A stretch of 63,779 nucleotides of DNA, the filler included. It is 6 parts of 6 records of this genome, joined end to end, with 100 filler letters (N's around TTAATTAATTAA, not from the genome) between each part and the next. Parts side by side here need not be neighbours in the genome. Positions count along the whole stretch, not along the records: positions 1 to 15,902 come from DRR723986_7420; 5 more parts are not named here. One strand, written 5' to 3'. Positions 1 to 9,265 of the stretch are shown here, piece by piece (the stretch's first letter is position 1; each line of letters starts with the position of its first letter). The position numbers were made by a program, and so were the translations under genes. A model generated the notes under the pieces. That model was not told the origin of the DNA, did no database searches, and saw only the letters and a list, made by a program, of their open reading frames with translations.

Positions 1-84
1 GGTGCCCAGAAGAGGACTCGAACCTCCACGCCTTGCGGCACACGGACCTGAACCGTGCGCGTCTACCAATTCCGCCATCTGGGC
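1..84 (-). tRNA. tRNA-Leu(CAG); terminal A of CCA cut by the window edge
   Basis: Reverse complement GCCCAGATGGCGGAATTGGTAGACGCGCACGGTTCAGGTCCGTGTGCCGCAAGGCGTGGAGGTTCGAGTCCTCTTCTGGGCACC: acceptor stem, D-loop GG, anticodon arm CACGG-TTCAGGT-CCGTG, long variable arm, GTTCGA T-loop. Confidence 0.96.
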
Positions 85-282
85 ACAGGATTGGAAGGCG
101 CGGATGTATAAGCCCGCGGCGCTGTCGTCAACGGGGAATCCCAGCCTTCATCAGCTTTGTTTTCGTGCCGGGGCCTGTCCCGCACGGAAAGCCGCGCAAT
201 GGCTGTCATATTTATGGGCGAAGCAGTATTTAGGGCAAGAATCCGCCATGTGGAGGTTGGGTCCGGGGCCGGAGCGGCCTAA

Positions 283-1728
283 ATGAGACTCAACAGGATA
301 GAACCGATGACAAGCGCCAACGCAGACACATCGGCCAAGCCTTCCGGGCGTCTGGTCGCCATATCCAACCGTACGGCTGCGGGCAGCGAGAGCAAGGCAG
401 GCGGGCTCGCCGTGGCCCTCTGGGAAACCCTGGTGGAGACCAAGGGGTTGTGGATCGGCTGGTCGGGCCGGGTGCTGGATTTCGAAACCGCGCGGGTCAA
501 CTATGTCGAGGAGGAGGGGGTCCAGTTCGCGCTGAGCGACCTCTCACGCCGGCAGTATGACGGGTTCTATCTGGCCTATGCGAACTCGGTGCTGTGGCCG
601 GTCATGCACAACCGGATCGACCTGGCGGTGTTCGAAGCAGACACGTATCGCAGCTACCGGTCCGTCAATGAGAAGTTTGCCCGGATCACGGTTCAGGAAG
701 CCCGGCCGGAAGATTTCGTCTGGGTACATGATTATCATTTCTTCCTGCTCGGCCGGATGATGCGCCAGCGCGGCTGGCAGGGGCGCCTTGGCTGGTTCCT
801 TCACATTCCATTCCCCGCGCCGGAGGCCTTCCGGGCCATCCCACAGCACAGGGAACTGGGCGAGGCCATGTGCGCCTATGATGTGGTCGGTGTGCAGACT
901 GGCAAGGACTTTTATAATCTGGCACGTTATCTCGAAGAGGAATTCGGTGCAGAGGAATTGCCCGACGGCCGTTTCCAGGTCGGCGAACGAACCGTCCGCC
1001 TGCTGCATTGTCCGATCGGGATCGATGTCGATGCCTTTGTCGAAGCGTCGACGTGCGAAGACGCGAAGCTGGCCGCGTCAAAGCTCGACAGGTTCCTGGG
1101 CAACCGGCAGCTTGTGCTTGGCGTTGACCGGATGGACTACTCCAAAGGCTTGATCCAGCGCTTCGAAGGCATGGCGGAACTGTTTGACCGCCATCCGGAT
1201 GTGCACGGGCATATTTCCTTTACCCAGATTGCGCCGCCCTCGCGCTCGGTCGTTGAAGGCTATCAGCAATTGCGCCAGCAGCTGGATGAATTGTCCGGCC
1301 GGATCAATGGCGACTATGGCGACCTCGACTGGATTCCCATTCGCTACCTTGCACGCGGCTATGACCGCGATGCGATCGCGGGGCTTTATCGGGCGGCGAA
1401 AGTGTGTCTCGTCACGCCGTTGCAGGACGGCATGAACCTGGTGGCCAAGGAATTCATCGCAGCGCAGGACCCGGCCGATCCCGGGGTTCTGGTCCTGTCC
1501 CAGTTTGCCGGCGCGGCCGAGCAGATGGGCGAAGCCCTGATCGTCAATCCCTACGATTCCGGCGCGATTGCGGAAGCCGTCTACAAGGCCATCCATATGC
1601 CGCTGGAGGAACGTCAGGCCCGCTGGCGGACCCTGATGGATGGCATTCAGGCGCAGGATCTGATCTGGTGGCGGGAGCGGTTCCTGAACGCTGTTCCCGC
1701 CGATGCTGAGGTGCCGGTACTTTCATGA
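283..1728 (+). CDS. otsA: Trehalose-6-phosphate synthase (GT20)
   Basis: Motifs [52 protein letters not shown]. Start may be the ATG at 307. Confidence 0.95.
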   Translation: MRLNRIEPMTSANADTSAKPSGRLVAISNRTAAGSESKAGGLAVALWETLVETKGLWIGWSGRVLDFETARVNYVEEEGVQFALSDLSRRQYDGFYLAYANSVLWPVMHNRIDLAVFEADTYRSYRSVNEKFARITVQEARPEDFVWVHDYHFFLLGRMMRQRGWQGRLGWFLHIPFPAPEAFRAIPQHRELGEAMCAYDVVGVQTGKDFYNLARYLEEEFGAEELPDGRFQVGERTVRLLHCPIGIDVDAFVEASTCEDAKLAASKLDRFLGNRQLVLGVDRMDYSKGLIQRFEGMAELFDRHPDVHGHISFTQIAPPSRSVVEGYQQLRQQLDELSGRINGDYGDLDWIPIRYLARGYDRDAIAGLYRAAKVCLVTPLQDGMNLVAKEFIAAQDPADPGVLVLSQFAGAAEQMGEALIVNPYDSGAIAEAVYKAIHMPLEERQARWRTLMDGIQAQDLIWWRERFLNAVPADAEVPVLS

Positions 1729-2456
1729 CAGAACAGATCATCGCGCCGCCGCCGCTGACCGCGGGCGATGCGCTATTTCTCGATTTCGACGGAACGCTGA
1801 CCGGGCTGCAGGACGATCCCGATACGGTGTTTCTGGCGGCCGGCATGGATGGCGTCCTGGAGACGATTGGCCACCGGCTGGAAGGGGCGCTTGCGATCCT
1901 GTCCGGCCGTGATGCAGGTGACCTCGCGCGCCGGGTGCCGGGCGGTCTGTGGCGGATCGGCAATCATGGCCTGATCCCGCTGGCGCCGGATGCCAAGCCG
2001 CCGGAAGATCGCGCTGCAGCGCCGGATGCGGTGCGTGGCGTTATCGAAAAGATCAGCGCGATGTTTCATGGCACACGTGTCGAGACCAAAGGCCCCGTGC
2101 TGGCCCTGCATTACCGGCAGGCACCTGAAGCTGCCGACGACCTTGGCAATGCGCTGGCCGATGCCGGTCTGTCAGGCGAGGGATACCGGATCCAGCATGG
2201 CAAGTTCGTGTTCGAGGCAAAGCCCGAAGATGCCAACAAGGGCCGCGCTCTGGCCCGGATGATGCAGGAGTTGCCCTTTTCCGGGCGGCGCCCGGTCATG
2301 ATTGGTGACGATACGACCGACGAGGATGCTTTCCGGGTTGCGAACAGCCTTGGCGGGTTGACGGTCAAGGTCGGCGCAGGCGACACCGTCGCCCGGTACC
2401 GGCTTAAAGATGTCGATGCCGTGCATGCGTATCTGAAGGAGCTGGCTGGGACATGA
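1725..2456 (+). CDS. otsB: Trehalose-6-phosphate phosphatase (HAD)
   Basis: FLDFDGTL, LSGR, NKG, GDDTTDED motifs; ATGA overlap with otsA. Confidence 0.95.
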   Translation: MTEQIIAPPPLTAGDALFLDFDGTLTGLQDDPDTVFLAAGMDGVLETIGHRLEGALAILSGRDAGDLARRVPGGLWRIGNHGLIPLAPDAKPPEDRAAAPDAVRGVIEKISAMFHGTRVETKGPVLALHYRQAPEAADDLGNALADAGLSGEGYRIQHGKFVFEAKPEDANKGRALARMMQELPFSGRRPVMIGDDTTDEDAFRVANSLGGLTVKVGAGDTVARYRLKDVDAVHAYLKELAGT

Positions 2457-4222
2457 GCGGACTGGACCTTGGCATCGTGGGCAATGGCACGATTGCCGCC
2501 CTGATCAATTCACGTGGCGATTATCAATGGTCCTGCCTTCCGCGGTTCGACGGCCAGCCGGTGTTCAACCAGCTTCTGGGCGGCGGCGGCGCCTTTTCCG
2601 TCTGGATGGAAGACCTCGCCTCGCGCACCCAGTCCTACGACCATAACAGCGCCATCCTGCGGACACGTCTGGAATCCCGCGACGGCGCGATCGTGGAGAT
2701 CGTCGATTTCGCGCCCCGGTTCGAGAATCAAGGGCGGATGTTCCGTCCGGCGGCGCTGGTGCGCCGGTTCCGGGTTCTGGCAGGTACGCCGCGTATGCGG
2801 ATCACGCTGACCCCGGAAACCGACTGGGGTGGGCGCAAGCTGAAGCCTGTGAGGGGCGTCAACCATGTCCGCTTCGTGGATGAGGAACTTGCCTTCCGTG
2901 TCACCACGGATGCGCCGGTCTCCTATATCCTGTCCGGGACCAGCTTCATTCTGGACCGGGAGGCTGCTTTCATTCTGGGGGCAGACGAATCCCTGTCCGA
3001 TCATCCAGAGGTCATTGCGCGCGACTGGGAAGAGCGGACGCGGCTCTACTGGAAGCGTTGGGCCCGCAGCCTGGCAGTGCCGTTCGAATGGCAGCAGGCC
3101 GTGATCCGCGCCGCGATCACGCTGAAGCTTTGCGTCTACGAGGAAACCGGCGGCATTGTCGCGGCCCTCACGACCTCCGTCCCGGAACATGAAGGCTCGG
3201 AACGGAACTGGGATTACCGGTATTGCTGGATCCGGGACGCTTATTTCACGGTTACCGCGCTGAACCGGCTGTCCGGTATGGGGACGCTGGAACACTATAT
3301 GCGGTGGGTACGGAACATTGTGGCCCAGTCGAAGGGGGGGCACATCCAGCCGGTCTACGGGATCGGACTGGAAGCGGACCTGACAGAGGACTTTGCCCGG
3401 GAGCTTCCCGGCTATCGCGGGATGGGGCCGGTGCGTGTCGGTAACCAGGCGGCAGAACACGTCCAGCATGACGTCTACGGTCAGGTTGTCCTGGGCGTCG
3501 CGCAGAGTTTCTTCGATACGCGCCTGATGAAACGGCCCGGCCTGACGGAATTCGAACAGCTGGAGCCTGTGGGGGAGCGCGCCTTTGCCATGCATGACAC
3601 GCCGGATGCCGGCATCTGGGAATTCCGCACGATTGCCCATGTGCATACGTCTTCCGCGATCATGTGCTGGGCGGCGTGCGACAGGTTGGCGAAAATCGCG
3701 GAGCACCTCGGCCTTCCGGCACGGGCAGATTACTGGCGGGAGCGGGCCGATATCATTCACGGGACGATTCTCGAGAAGGCCTGGAACGAAGAGGTCGGTG
3801 CCTTCACGGCGGCGTTTGGCGGGGAAGACCTGGATGCCTCTGTCCTGTTGATGGCGGAGATCGGCTTCATCGCCGCGGAAGATCCGCGTTACATTTCCAC
3901 CGTGCGGGTGATCAACCGCGACCTGCGCGAAGGCGACCATGTCTATCGCTACAAGGTAACCGACGATTTCGGGAAGCCGAAAACCGCCTTTACCGCCTGT
4001 ACTTTCTGGTTGGTGGATGCCCTGCACCGGATCGGTGAAACCGAGGAAGCGCGGCGTGTTTTCGAAGCGCTGCTGGCGGCGCGCAATCATCTGGGCCTGT
4101 TGTCCGAGGACGTGGATACCGACACCGGAGAGCTGTGGGGGAATTTCCCGCAGACCTATTGCATGGTCGGCATCATCAACTCGGCAGCCTTGCTTTCACG
4201 GCCCTGGAGCCAGGCGATGTAG
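2453..4222 (+). CDS. Glycoside hydrolase family 15 (probable trehalase)
   Basis: RNWDYRYCWIRD, GIWEFR, LGLLSED, WGNFPQTY motifs; translationally coupled to otsB. Confidence 0.9.
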   Translation: MSGLDLGIVGNGTIAALINSRGDYQWSCLPRFDGQPVFNQLLGGGGAFSVWMEDLASRTQSYDHNSAILRTRLESRDGAIVEIVDFAPRFENQGRMFRPAALVRRFRVLAGTPRMRITLTPETDWGGRKLKPVRGVNHVRFVDEELAFRVTTDAPVSYILSGTSFILDREAAFILGADESLSDHPEVIARDWEERTRLYWKRWARSLAVPFEWQQAVIRAAITLKLCVYEETGGIVAALTTSVPEHEGSERNWDYRYCWIRDAYFTVTALNRLSGMGTLEHYMRWVRNIVAQSKGGHIQPVYGIGLEADLTEDFARELPGYRGMGPVRVGNQAAEHVQHDVYGQVVLGVAQSFFDTRLMKRPGLTEFEQLEPVGERAFAMHDTPDAGIWEFRTIAHVHTSSAIMCWAACDRLAKIAEHLGLPARADYWRERADIIHGTILEKAWNEEVGAFTAAFGGEDLDASVLLMAEIGFIAAEDPRYISTVRVINRDLREGDHVYRYKVTDDFGKPKTAFTACTFWLVDALHRIGETEEARRVFEALLAARNHLGLLSEDVDTDTGELWGNFPQTYCMVGIINSAALLSRPWSQAM

Positions 4223-4228
4223 ACCGTC

Positions 4229-4245
4229 TGCCCAATTTTTGGGCA
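4229..4245. promoter_or_regulatory. NtrC-like palindromic operator TGCCC-N7-GGGCA
   Basis: tgcccaatttttgggca, about 100 bp upstream of the cp-ATP-grasp start; same geometry as the NtrC consensus TGCAC-N7-GTGCA. Confidence 0.55.
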
Positions 4246-4348
4246 GCGCTGGTGCGGCTTTCTTCAATGCGGGGCGACCTCAGCAGGGCACAGCTATGCC
4301 TGATAGCACGCCTTGACCGGGCACAGCCTTGCGTGCGTTGTTGTAATT

Positions 4349-5782
4349 ATGGGAGAGGCGCCTCAATTCTTTGATGAAATGGACGGGTTCGACGGAAACG
4401 TGCGCGAACCCTATTCGGCATATTCTGACTGGCTGCAGGAGATGAGCCGTCCGGCCCTCCTGAAGAAATCCGCTGAAGCGCAGGCCTTCTTCCGGCGCAC
4501 GGGCATCACATTCAATGTCTATGGCGAGGCCGAAGCGGACGAGCGCCTGATCCCGTTTGACCTGATCCCGCGCATCATCGGAGCAGGGGAGTGGGCGAAC
4601 CTGGTTCGCGGCATCGAGCAGCGCGTGAAGGCGATCAATGCCTTCCTGCACGATATCTATCACCGGCAGGAGATTATCCGCGCTGGCCGGGTGCCTGAAC
4701 GCCTGATCCGTGAGAACGACGCCTTCCTGCCGCGCATGATCGGCATGGACCCGCCCGGCGGCATCTACACACATATTGTGGGTGTGGACCTGGTGCGGAC
4801 AGGGCCGAACGAATTCTTCGTTCTGGAGGACAATGCCCGCACGCCGAGCGGTGTTTCCTATATGCTGGAAAACCGCGAGACGATGCTGAAGATGTTCCCG
4901 GAACTCTTCTCGCGCATCCGCGTGCAGCCGGTTCAGCAATATCCGACCATGCTGCGCAGGTCCCTGGAGCGGTGCGGGCCGCCTGCGGCAGACGGCAACC
5001 GGCCGACTGTGGCGGTGCTGACGCCGGGTATCCATAACTCGGCCTATTTTGAACACGCTTTCCTAGCGGACCAGATGGGGGTCGAACTGGTGGAAGGGCA
5101 CGACCTGCGGGTCACCGATGGCCGGATCGCGATGCGGACGACCCGGGGGTATGAACCTGTGGACGTCATCTATCGCCGGATCGACGATGACTTTCTCGAC
5201 CCATTGAATTTCCGCTCGGACTCCCTGCTGGGAGTCGCGGGCATCTTCGACATTTACCGTTCAGGCGGGATCACGATCGCCAATGCCCCGGGCACGGGCA
5301 TCGCCGACGACAAGGCGATATACTCCTACATGCCGGAGATCGTCGAATTCTACACCGGCCAGAAGCCGATCCTCCAGAATGTGCCGACCTGGCGGTGCGC
5401 CGAAAAGGACGCGCTGGCTTACGTTCTGGACAATCTGGAAGAACTGGTGGTGAAGGAAGTCCACGGGTCAGGCGGCTATGGCATGCTGGTCGGTCCCGCC
5501 GCCAGCAAGGCGGAGCTCAAGGCCTTCCGCGCCAAGCTGACTGCGAAGCCGGAAAACTATATCGCCCAGCCTACGCTGGCCCTGTCCACCGTCCCTGTGC
5601 TGACAAAGTCTGGTCTTGCCCCGCGTCACGTTGATCTGCGCCCCTTCGTGCTCGTCTCCCCGGAAGGAGTGGAAGTGACGCCCGGTGGCCTGACGCGCGT
5701 CGCCATGAAGAAGGGCTCCCTGGTGGTGAATTCCAGCCAAGGCGGCGGAACCAAGGACACCTGGGTCCTGAAGGGGGATTGA
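4349..5782 (+). CDS. Circularly permuted type-2 ATP-grasp protein
   Basis: TGITFNVYG, ERLIPFD, LEDNARTPSGVSYMLENR, SAYFEH, DVIYRRIDD, ADDKAIY, GSGGYGM, PGGLTRVA, VVNSSQGGGTKDTWV. ATG at 4349 preferred to the TTG at 4313. Confidence 0.93.
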   Translation: MGEAPQFFDEMDGFDGNVREPYSAYSDWLQEMSRPALLKKSAEAQAFFRRTGITFNVYGEAEADERLIPFDLIPRIIGAGEWANLVRGIEQRVKAINAFLHDIYHRQEIIRAGRVPERLIRENDAFLPRMIGMDPPGGIYTHIVGVDLVRTGPNEFFVLEDNARTPSGVSYMLENRETMLKMFPELFSRIRVQPVQQYPTMLRRSLERCGPPAADGNRPTVAVLTPGIHNSAYFEHAFLADQMGVELVEGHDLRVTDGRIAMRTTRGYEPVDVIYRRIDDDFLDPLNFRSDSLLGVAGIFDIYRSGGITIANAPGTGIADDKAIYSYMPEIVEFYTGQKPILQNVPTWRCAEKDALAYVLDNLEELVVKEVHGSGGYGMLVGPAASKAELKAFRAKLTAKPENYIAQPTLALSTVPVLTKSGLAPRHVDLRPFVLVSPEGVEVTPGGLTRVAMKKGSLVVNSSQGGGTKDTWVLKGD

Positions 5783-5787
5783 AGGTG

Positions 5788-6729
5788 ATGCTGGGTCGCA
5801 CAGCCGCTGGCCTCTTCTGGCTGGCCCGTTATCTGGAGAGGGCGGAGAATACCTCGCGCCTGGCCGAGGCAGGGTTTCGCCTCGCACTCACCCGGGCCGA
5901 TTCCGATACGGAAGAATGGCGGTCTGTCATTACGACGGCCGGTTGCCAGCAGGCTTATCTGGAAAAGCACGAGACGATCCGGTCTGACAAGATTCTGGAC
6001 TTCATCCTGCGCGACAAGGAAAACCCCAACAGTGTCCTGTGTGCCTTTCATACCGCGCGCGAGAATGCGCGGATGACACGGACAGCACTGACGCGGGAAG
6101 TGTGGGAAGCCATCAATGATGCCTGGATGAGCGTACGCGATGCCCTGCGCCGTCCGATCCCGGAACGCGACTTGCCGGAAATCCTGTCACTGGTGCGCCG
6201 GCAGGGGGCACAGGTCCGCGGCGCGATCACCGGCACGATGCTGCGCAATGATATCTACAATTTCATCCAGATCGGCACATTGGTGGAGCGGGCCGACAAC
6301 ACGTCCCGTATTCTGGATACGAAGTATTATGTGCTGTTGCCGTCCAGCGCATCGATCGGGTCCTCGCTCGACAATGTGCAGTGGGAGATGATCCTGCGGT
6401 CAGCTTCGGCGGAGCGCAGCTTCTACTGGCTGCATGGCGGAACCGTCAGCCCTCCAGCCATCGCAGATTTTCTGATCTTTGATGCGCGCCTGCCGCGGTC
6501 TCTGGCTTTCTGCTATGATATGATCACGGAATATCTCGGCAGGCTTGCCGAGGAGTATGGCGAAAGCACGCCGGCACATGAGCTGGCGATCCGACAGGAA
6601 AACCGGCTGACGGCCTTGAACATTGCGCGGGTCTTTGAGGAGGGGCTCCACGAATTCCTTACCAGCTTCATGGCGCAGAATGCGGCGTTCTCCGCCCAGA
6701 TCGAAACCGATTACAGGTTCAATGAGTAG
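5788..6729 (+). CDS. Alpha-E domain protein
   Basis: MLGRTA..LFWLARYLERAEN..R, ARENAR, second LVERADNTSRILD ER motif, LPRSL. Confidence 0.92.
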   Translation: MLGRTAAGLFWLARYLERAENTSRLAEAGFRLALTRADSDTEEWRSVITTAGCQQAYLEKHETIRSDKILDFILRDKENPNSVLCAFHTARENARMTRTALTREVWEAINDAWMSVRDALRRPIPERDLPEILSLVRRQGAQVRGAITGTMLRNDIYNFIQIGTLVERADNTSRILDTKYYVLLPSSASIGSSLDNVQWEMILRSASAERSFYWLHGGTVSPPAIADFLIFDARLPRSLAFCYDMITEYLGRLAEEYGESTPAHELAIRQENRLTALNIARVFEEGLHEFLTSFMAQNAAFSAQIETDYRFNE

Positions 6730-6732
6730 GCC

Positions 6733-7536
6733 ATGAGACTCCGCATCGATCATACCACCGTCTACAATTACGAGACAGCGTCGATCTACGCGCTACAGCA
6801 GGTGCGCAAACGTCCTCATGATACGGATGCGCAGACGGTCATTTCCTGGGATCTCGTCCTTGAGGGGGCCAAGAGTGAAGCGAAATACATCGACCATCAT
6901 GGCAACCATGTCGAACTCGTCTCCATGGAGCCGGGAGCAAAGCGCGTCTCGATCTCCTGCCAGGGTGAAGTGGAGACACGGGACACGGCGGGCATACTGA
7001 CTAGCAACCGGATGGTGCCTCCCCTCTGGCTCTATCGCCGGTTCACCCCGTTGACAAAGGTGGGGAAGGGCGTGCGTGGACTCGTTGCCGAACTTGGCAA
7101 GGATCCGGAACTCAATCTCGAAACCCTGCATGCCCTGATGAACCTGATCGCCGACTCGGTCGTCTACGACATTGAACCGACAGGGCCGAACACTTCAGCC
7201 GAGGAAGCCGTCGAACTTGGTCACGGCGTTTGCCAGGATCATGCGCACATTTTTGCGGCAGCAGCGCGGCTGATGGGTTTCCCGGCCCGGTATGTCGGCG
7301 GCTACATGATGATGCTGGACCGAGTGGATCAGGAAGCAGGCCATGCCTGGGCGGAAGCCTGGGTCGAGGGGCTCGGCTGGGTCGGATTTGATGCAGCCAA
7401 CAGGGTTTGTCCCGACGAACGGTACATTCAGGTTGCAACCGGCCTCGACTACCGCGAAGCTGGCCCACTGACAGGGGTGATGTATGGTGGCGAGCAGGAA
7501 GTACTGTCCGTTAATGTCCAGGTCCAACAACAATAA
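6733..7536 (+). CDS. Transglutaminase family protein (catalytic triad intact)
   Basis: N-terminal LRIDHTTVYNY; GVCQDHAH (Cys), HAWAE (His), WVGFD (Asp). Confidence 0.93.
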   Translation: MRLRIDHTTVYNYETASIYALQQVRKRPHDTDAQTVISWDLVLEGAKSEAKYIDHHGNHVELVSMEPGAKRVSISCQGEVETRDTAGILTSNRMVPPLWLYRRFTPLTKVGKGVRGLVAELGKDPELNLETLHALMNLIADSVVYDIEPTGPNTSAEEAVELGHGVCQDHAHIFAAAARLMGFPARYVGGYMMMLDRVDQEAGHAWAEAWVEGLGWVGFDAANRVCPDERYIQVATGLDYREAGPLTGVMYGGEQEVLSVNVQVQQQ

Positions 7537-7557
7537 ACGGGTCCTAAGAGGTTCGAA

Positions 7558-8295
7558 GTGACATATTGCGTGGCGATGCGGCTCAACGCGGGGCTCATCT
7601 TCATGTCAGACACGCGCACGAATGCGGGTGTCGACAACATTTCCAGGTTCCGGAAGATGTTCACCTGGGAGGAGCCGGGCGAGCGGGTGATTACCGTTCT
7701 GACGGCCGGGAACCTTGCGACATCCCAGGCTGTGATCAGTCTTCTCGACGAACGGACCAAGGCGCCGCATGAACGCCGGCCCAGCCTGCTGGAAGCGCCG
7801 ACCATGTTTCAGGTCGCCAATATCATCGGCGACACGCTGAAAGAAGTGATCAAGACCCAGAAGATGACCGGCCCGGAATCGGAGGCCGACTATGGCGCGA
7901 CGATGATCGTGGGCGGCCAGATCACCGGCATCGAGCCGCGCCTGTTCATGATCTATCCGGAAGGCAATTTTATCGAGGCGAGCGAGGAGACACCCTTCTT
8001 CCAGATCGGTGAAACCAAATATGGCCGGCCGATCCTGCTGCGCGCCTATGACGCCGGCATGAGTTTCGAGGAAGCGATCAAGCTTCTGTACGTCTCCTTC
8101 GACTCGACCCTGAAGGCGAACCTGTCGGTCGGTATGCCGCTTGACCTTCAGGTCGTGGAGCAGGGCGCCCTGAAGGTGACGCATCGCCGCCGCATCGAAG
8201 AGGATGATCCCTACTTCCAGACCGTTTCGAGCCGTTGGGGGGACGCGCTGAAGCTGGCCTTCAAGTCTTTGCCGGATTTCTCGTTTACGGACTGA
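7558..8295 (+). CDS. Proteasome-type Ntn peptidase Anbu
   Basis: MTYCV start exposing Thr1, SDTRTNAGVD, AGNLATSQ, IYPEGNFI, QIGETKYGRPIL, NLSVGMPLD. Confidence 0.93.
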   Translation: MTYCVAMRLNAGLIFMSDTRTNAGVDNISRFRKMFTWEEPGERVITVLTAGNLATSQAVISLLDERTKAPHERRPSLLEAPTMFQVANIIGDTLKEVIKTQKMTGPESEADYGATMIVGGQITGIEPRLFMIYPEGNFIEASEETPFFQIGETKYGRPILLRAYDAGMSFEEAIKLLYVSFDSTLKANLSVGMPLDLQVVEQGALKVTHRRRIEEDDPYFQTVSSRWGDALKLAFKSLPDFSFTD

Positions 8296-8299
8296 GGGA

Positions 8300-9265
8300 T
8301 CAGACCAGCACGTGGTCCGGTACGTGCTCCCGGTAGAGCTTCTTGCCAAGCTCGACGCGCTGTTCTGCATTGAGCCCTTCGGTGTCGGCCTTCATGCAGG
8401 CTTCGATAAGCGGGCGCACACCCATTCTGTTTGCCACCTGAATGGCGAGGCCGGGACGGGCGTTCAGTTCCAGCAGCATTGGACCCTTGCCCTTGTCGAG
8501 CACAATGTCGGCACCAAGATAACCAAGGCCGGTCACGTCATAGGCTTTGGCGGCCATCAGCAGCATCTCATCCCAATGCGGTACTGAGATGTTGCTGAGC
8601 GGGTTGGCCGTATCCGGATGGATGTCAGTCGTCTTGCCCTTTTGCATGCCATACAGGGTCCGGCCTGTAACGAGGTCCAGGCCGACGCCGACTCCGCCCT
8701 TGTGAAGGTTCGCCTTTCCGTCCGACTCCGCTGTCGGCAGTCGTACCATTGCGACGAAGGGGATGCCGCGCAGCACGATGATGCGAAGGTCCGGCACCCC
8801 ACCGAAACTGATCGGGTCGAACACATCGTCGAACTTCACCCGGTATTCGATCATGGCGATGTCGGGTCGGCCCGACAGGGAGTACATGCCGGACAGGATA
8901 TTATTGACGTGGAATTTCAGGTCTTCGAGCAGGGCACGCTGGCCATTGGAGCGCCGCCATCCACCGCGCATCGGCCCGAGGATCACCTGGATGCCATTGC
9001 CCTGCGACCCGTTGGCCGGCTTGATGACGCAGCCGTCCGGATGATTGAGAAGGGTTTCGAGTTTGCGCATTTCCGCCGGGCTGCGGATGAGGCCGTAGAG
9101 TTCGGGCGTCTGGATGCCGGCGGCATTGGCCAGGCGCTTTGTTTCCGTCTTGTCGTCGACCAGGCGCATCAGGCGCCGCGGATTATAGTCGTTGATGAGA
9201 CGGAGGTTCCGCTCATTGATGCCGAGCACGCCGGCCCGGCGAAGGCCAAGCCACGTCTTGATCAT
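8300..9265 (-). CDS. Alpha-L-glutamate ligase-like ATP-grasp protein (RimK-related)
   Basis: GVLGINERN, YNPR..VDDK, VIKPANGSQGNGI, GVPDLRII, SDGKANLHKGG, LELNARPGLAIQ. Confidence 0.92.
   Translation of the reverse strand: MIKTWLGLRRAGVLGINERNLRLINDYNPRRLMRLVDDKTETKRLANAAGIQTPELYGLIRSPAEMRKLETLLNHPDGCVIKPANGSQGNGIQVILGPMRGGWRRSNGQRALLEDLKFHVNNILSGMYSLSGRPDIAMIEYRVKFDDVFDPISFGGVPDLRIIVLRGIPFVAMVRLPTAESDGKANLHKGGVGVGLDLVTGRTLYGMQKGKTTDIHPDTANPLSNISVPHWDEMLLMAAKAYDVTGLGYLGADIVLDKGKGPMLLELNARPGLAIQVANRMGVRPLIEACMKADTEGLNAEQRVELGKKLYREHVPDHVLV

Noticed and set aside
2-286. ORFs 2-286 and 33-233
   Set aside because: Antisense translations of tRNA-Leu plus intergenic sequence.
2510-4090. 526-aa minus-strand ORF
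   Set aside because: Antisense shadow of the GH15 gene, expected in high-GC coding DNA; no motifs.
4286-4332. Firm sigma54 promoter call
   Set aside because: GGCAC to TTGC spacing is one base off consensus; kept only as a tentative note.
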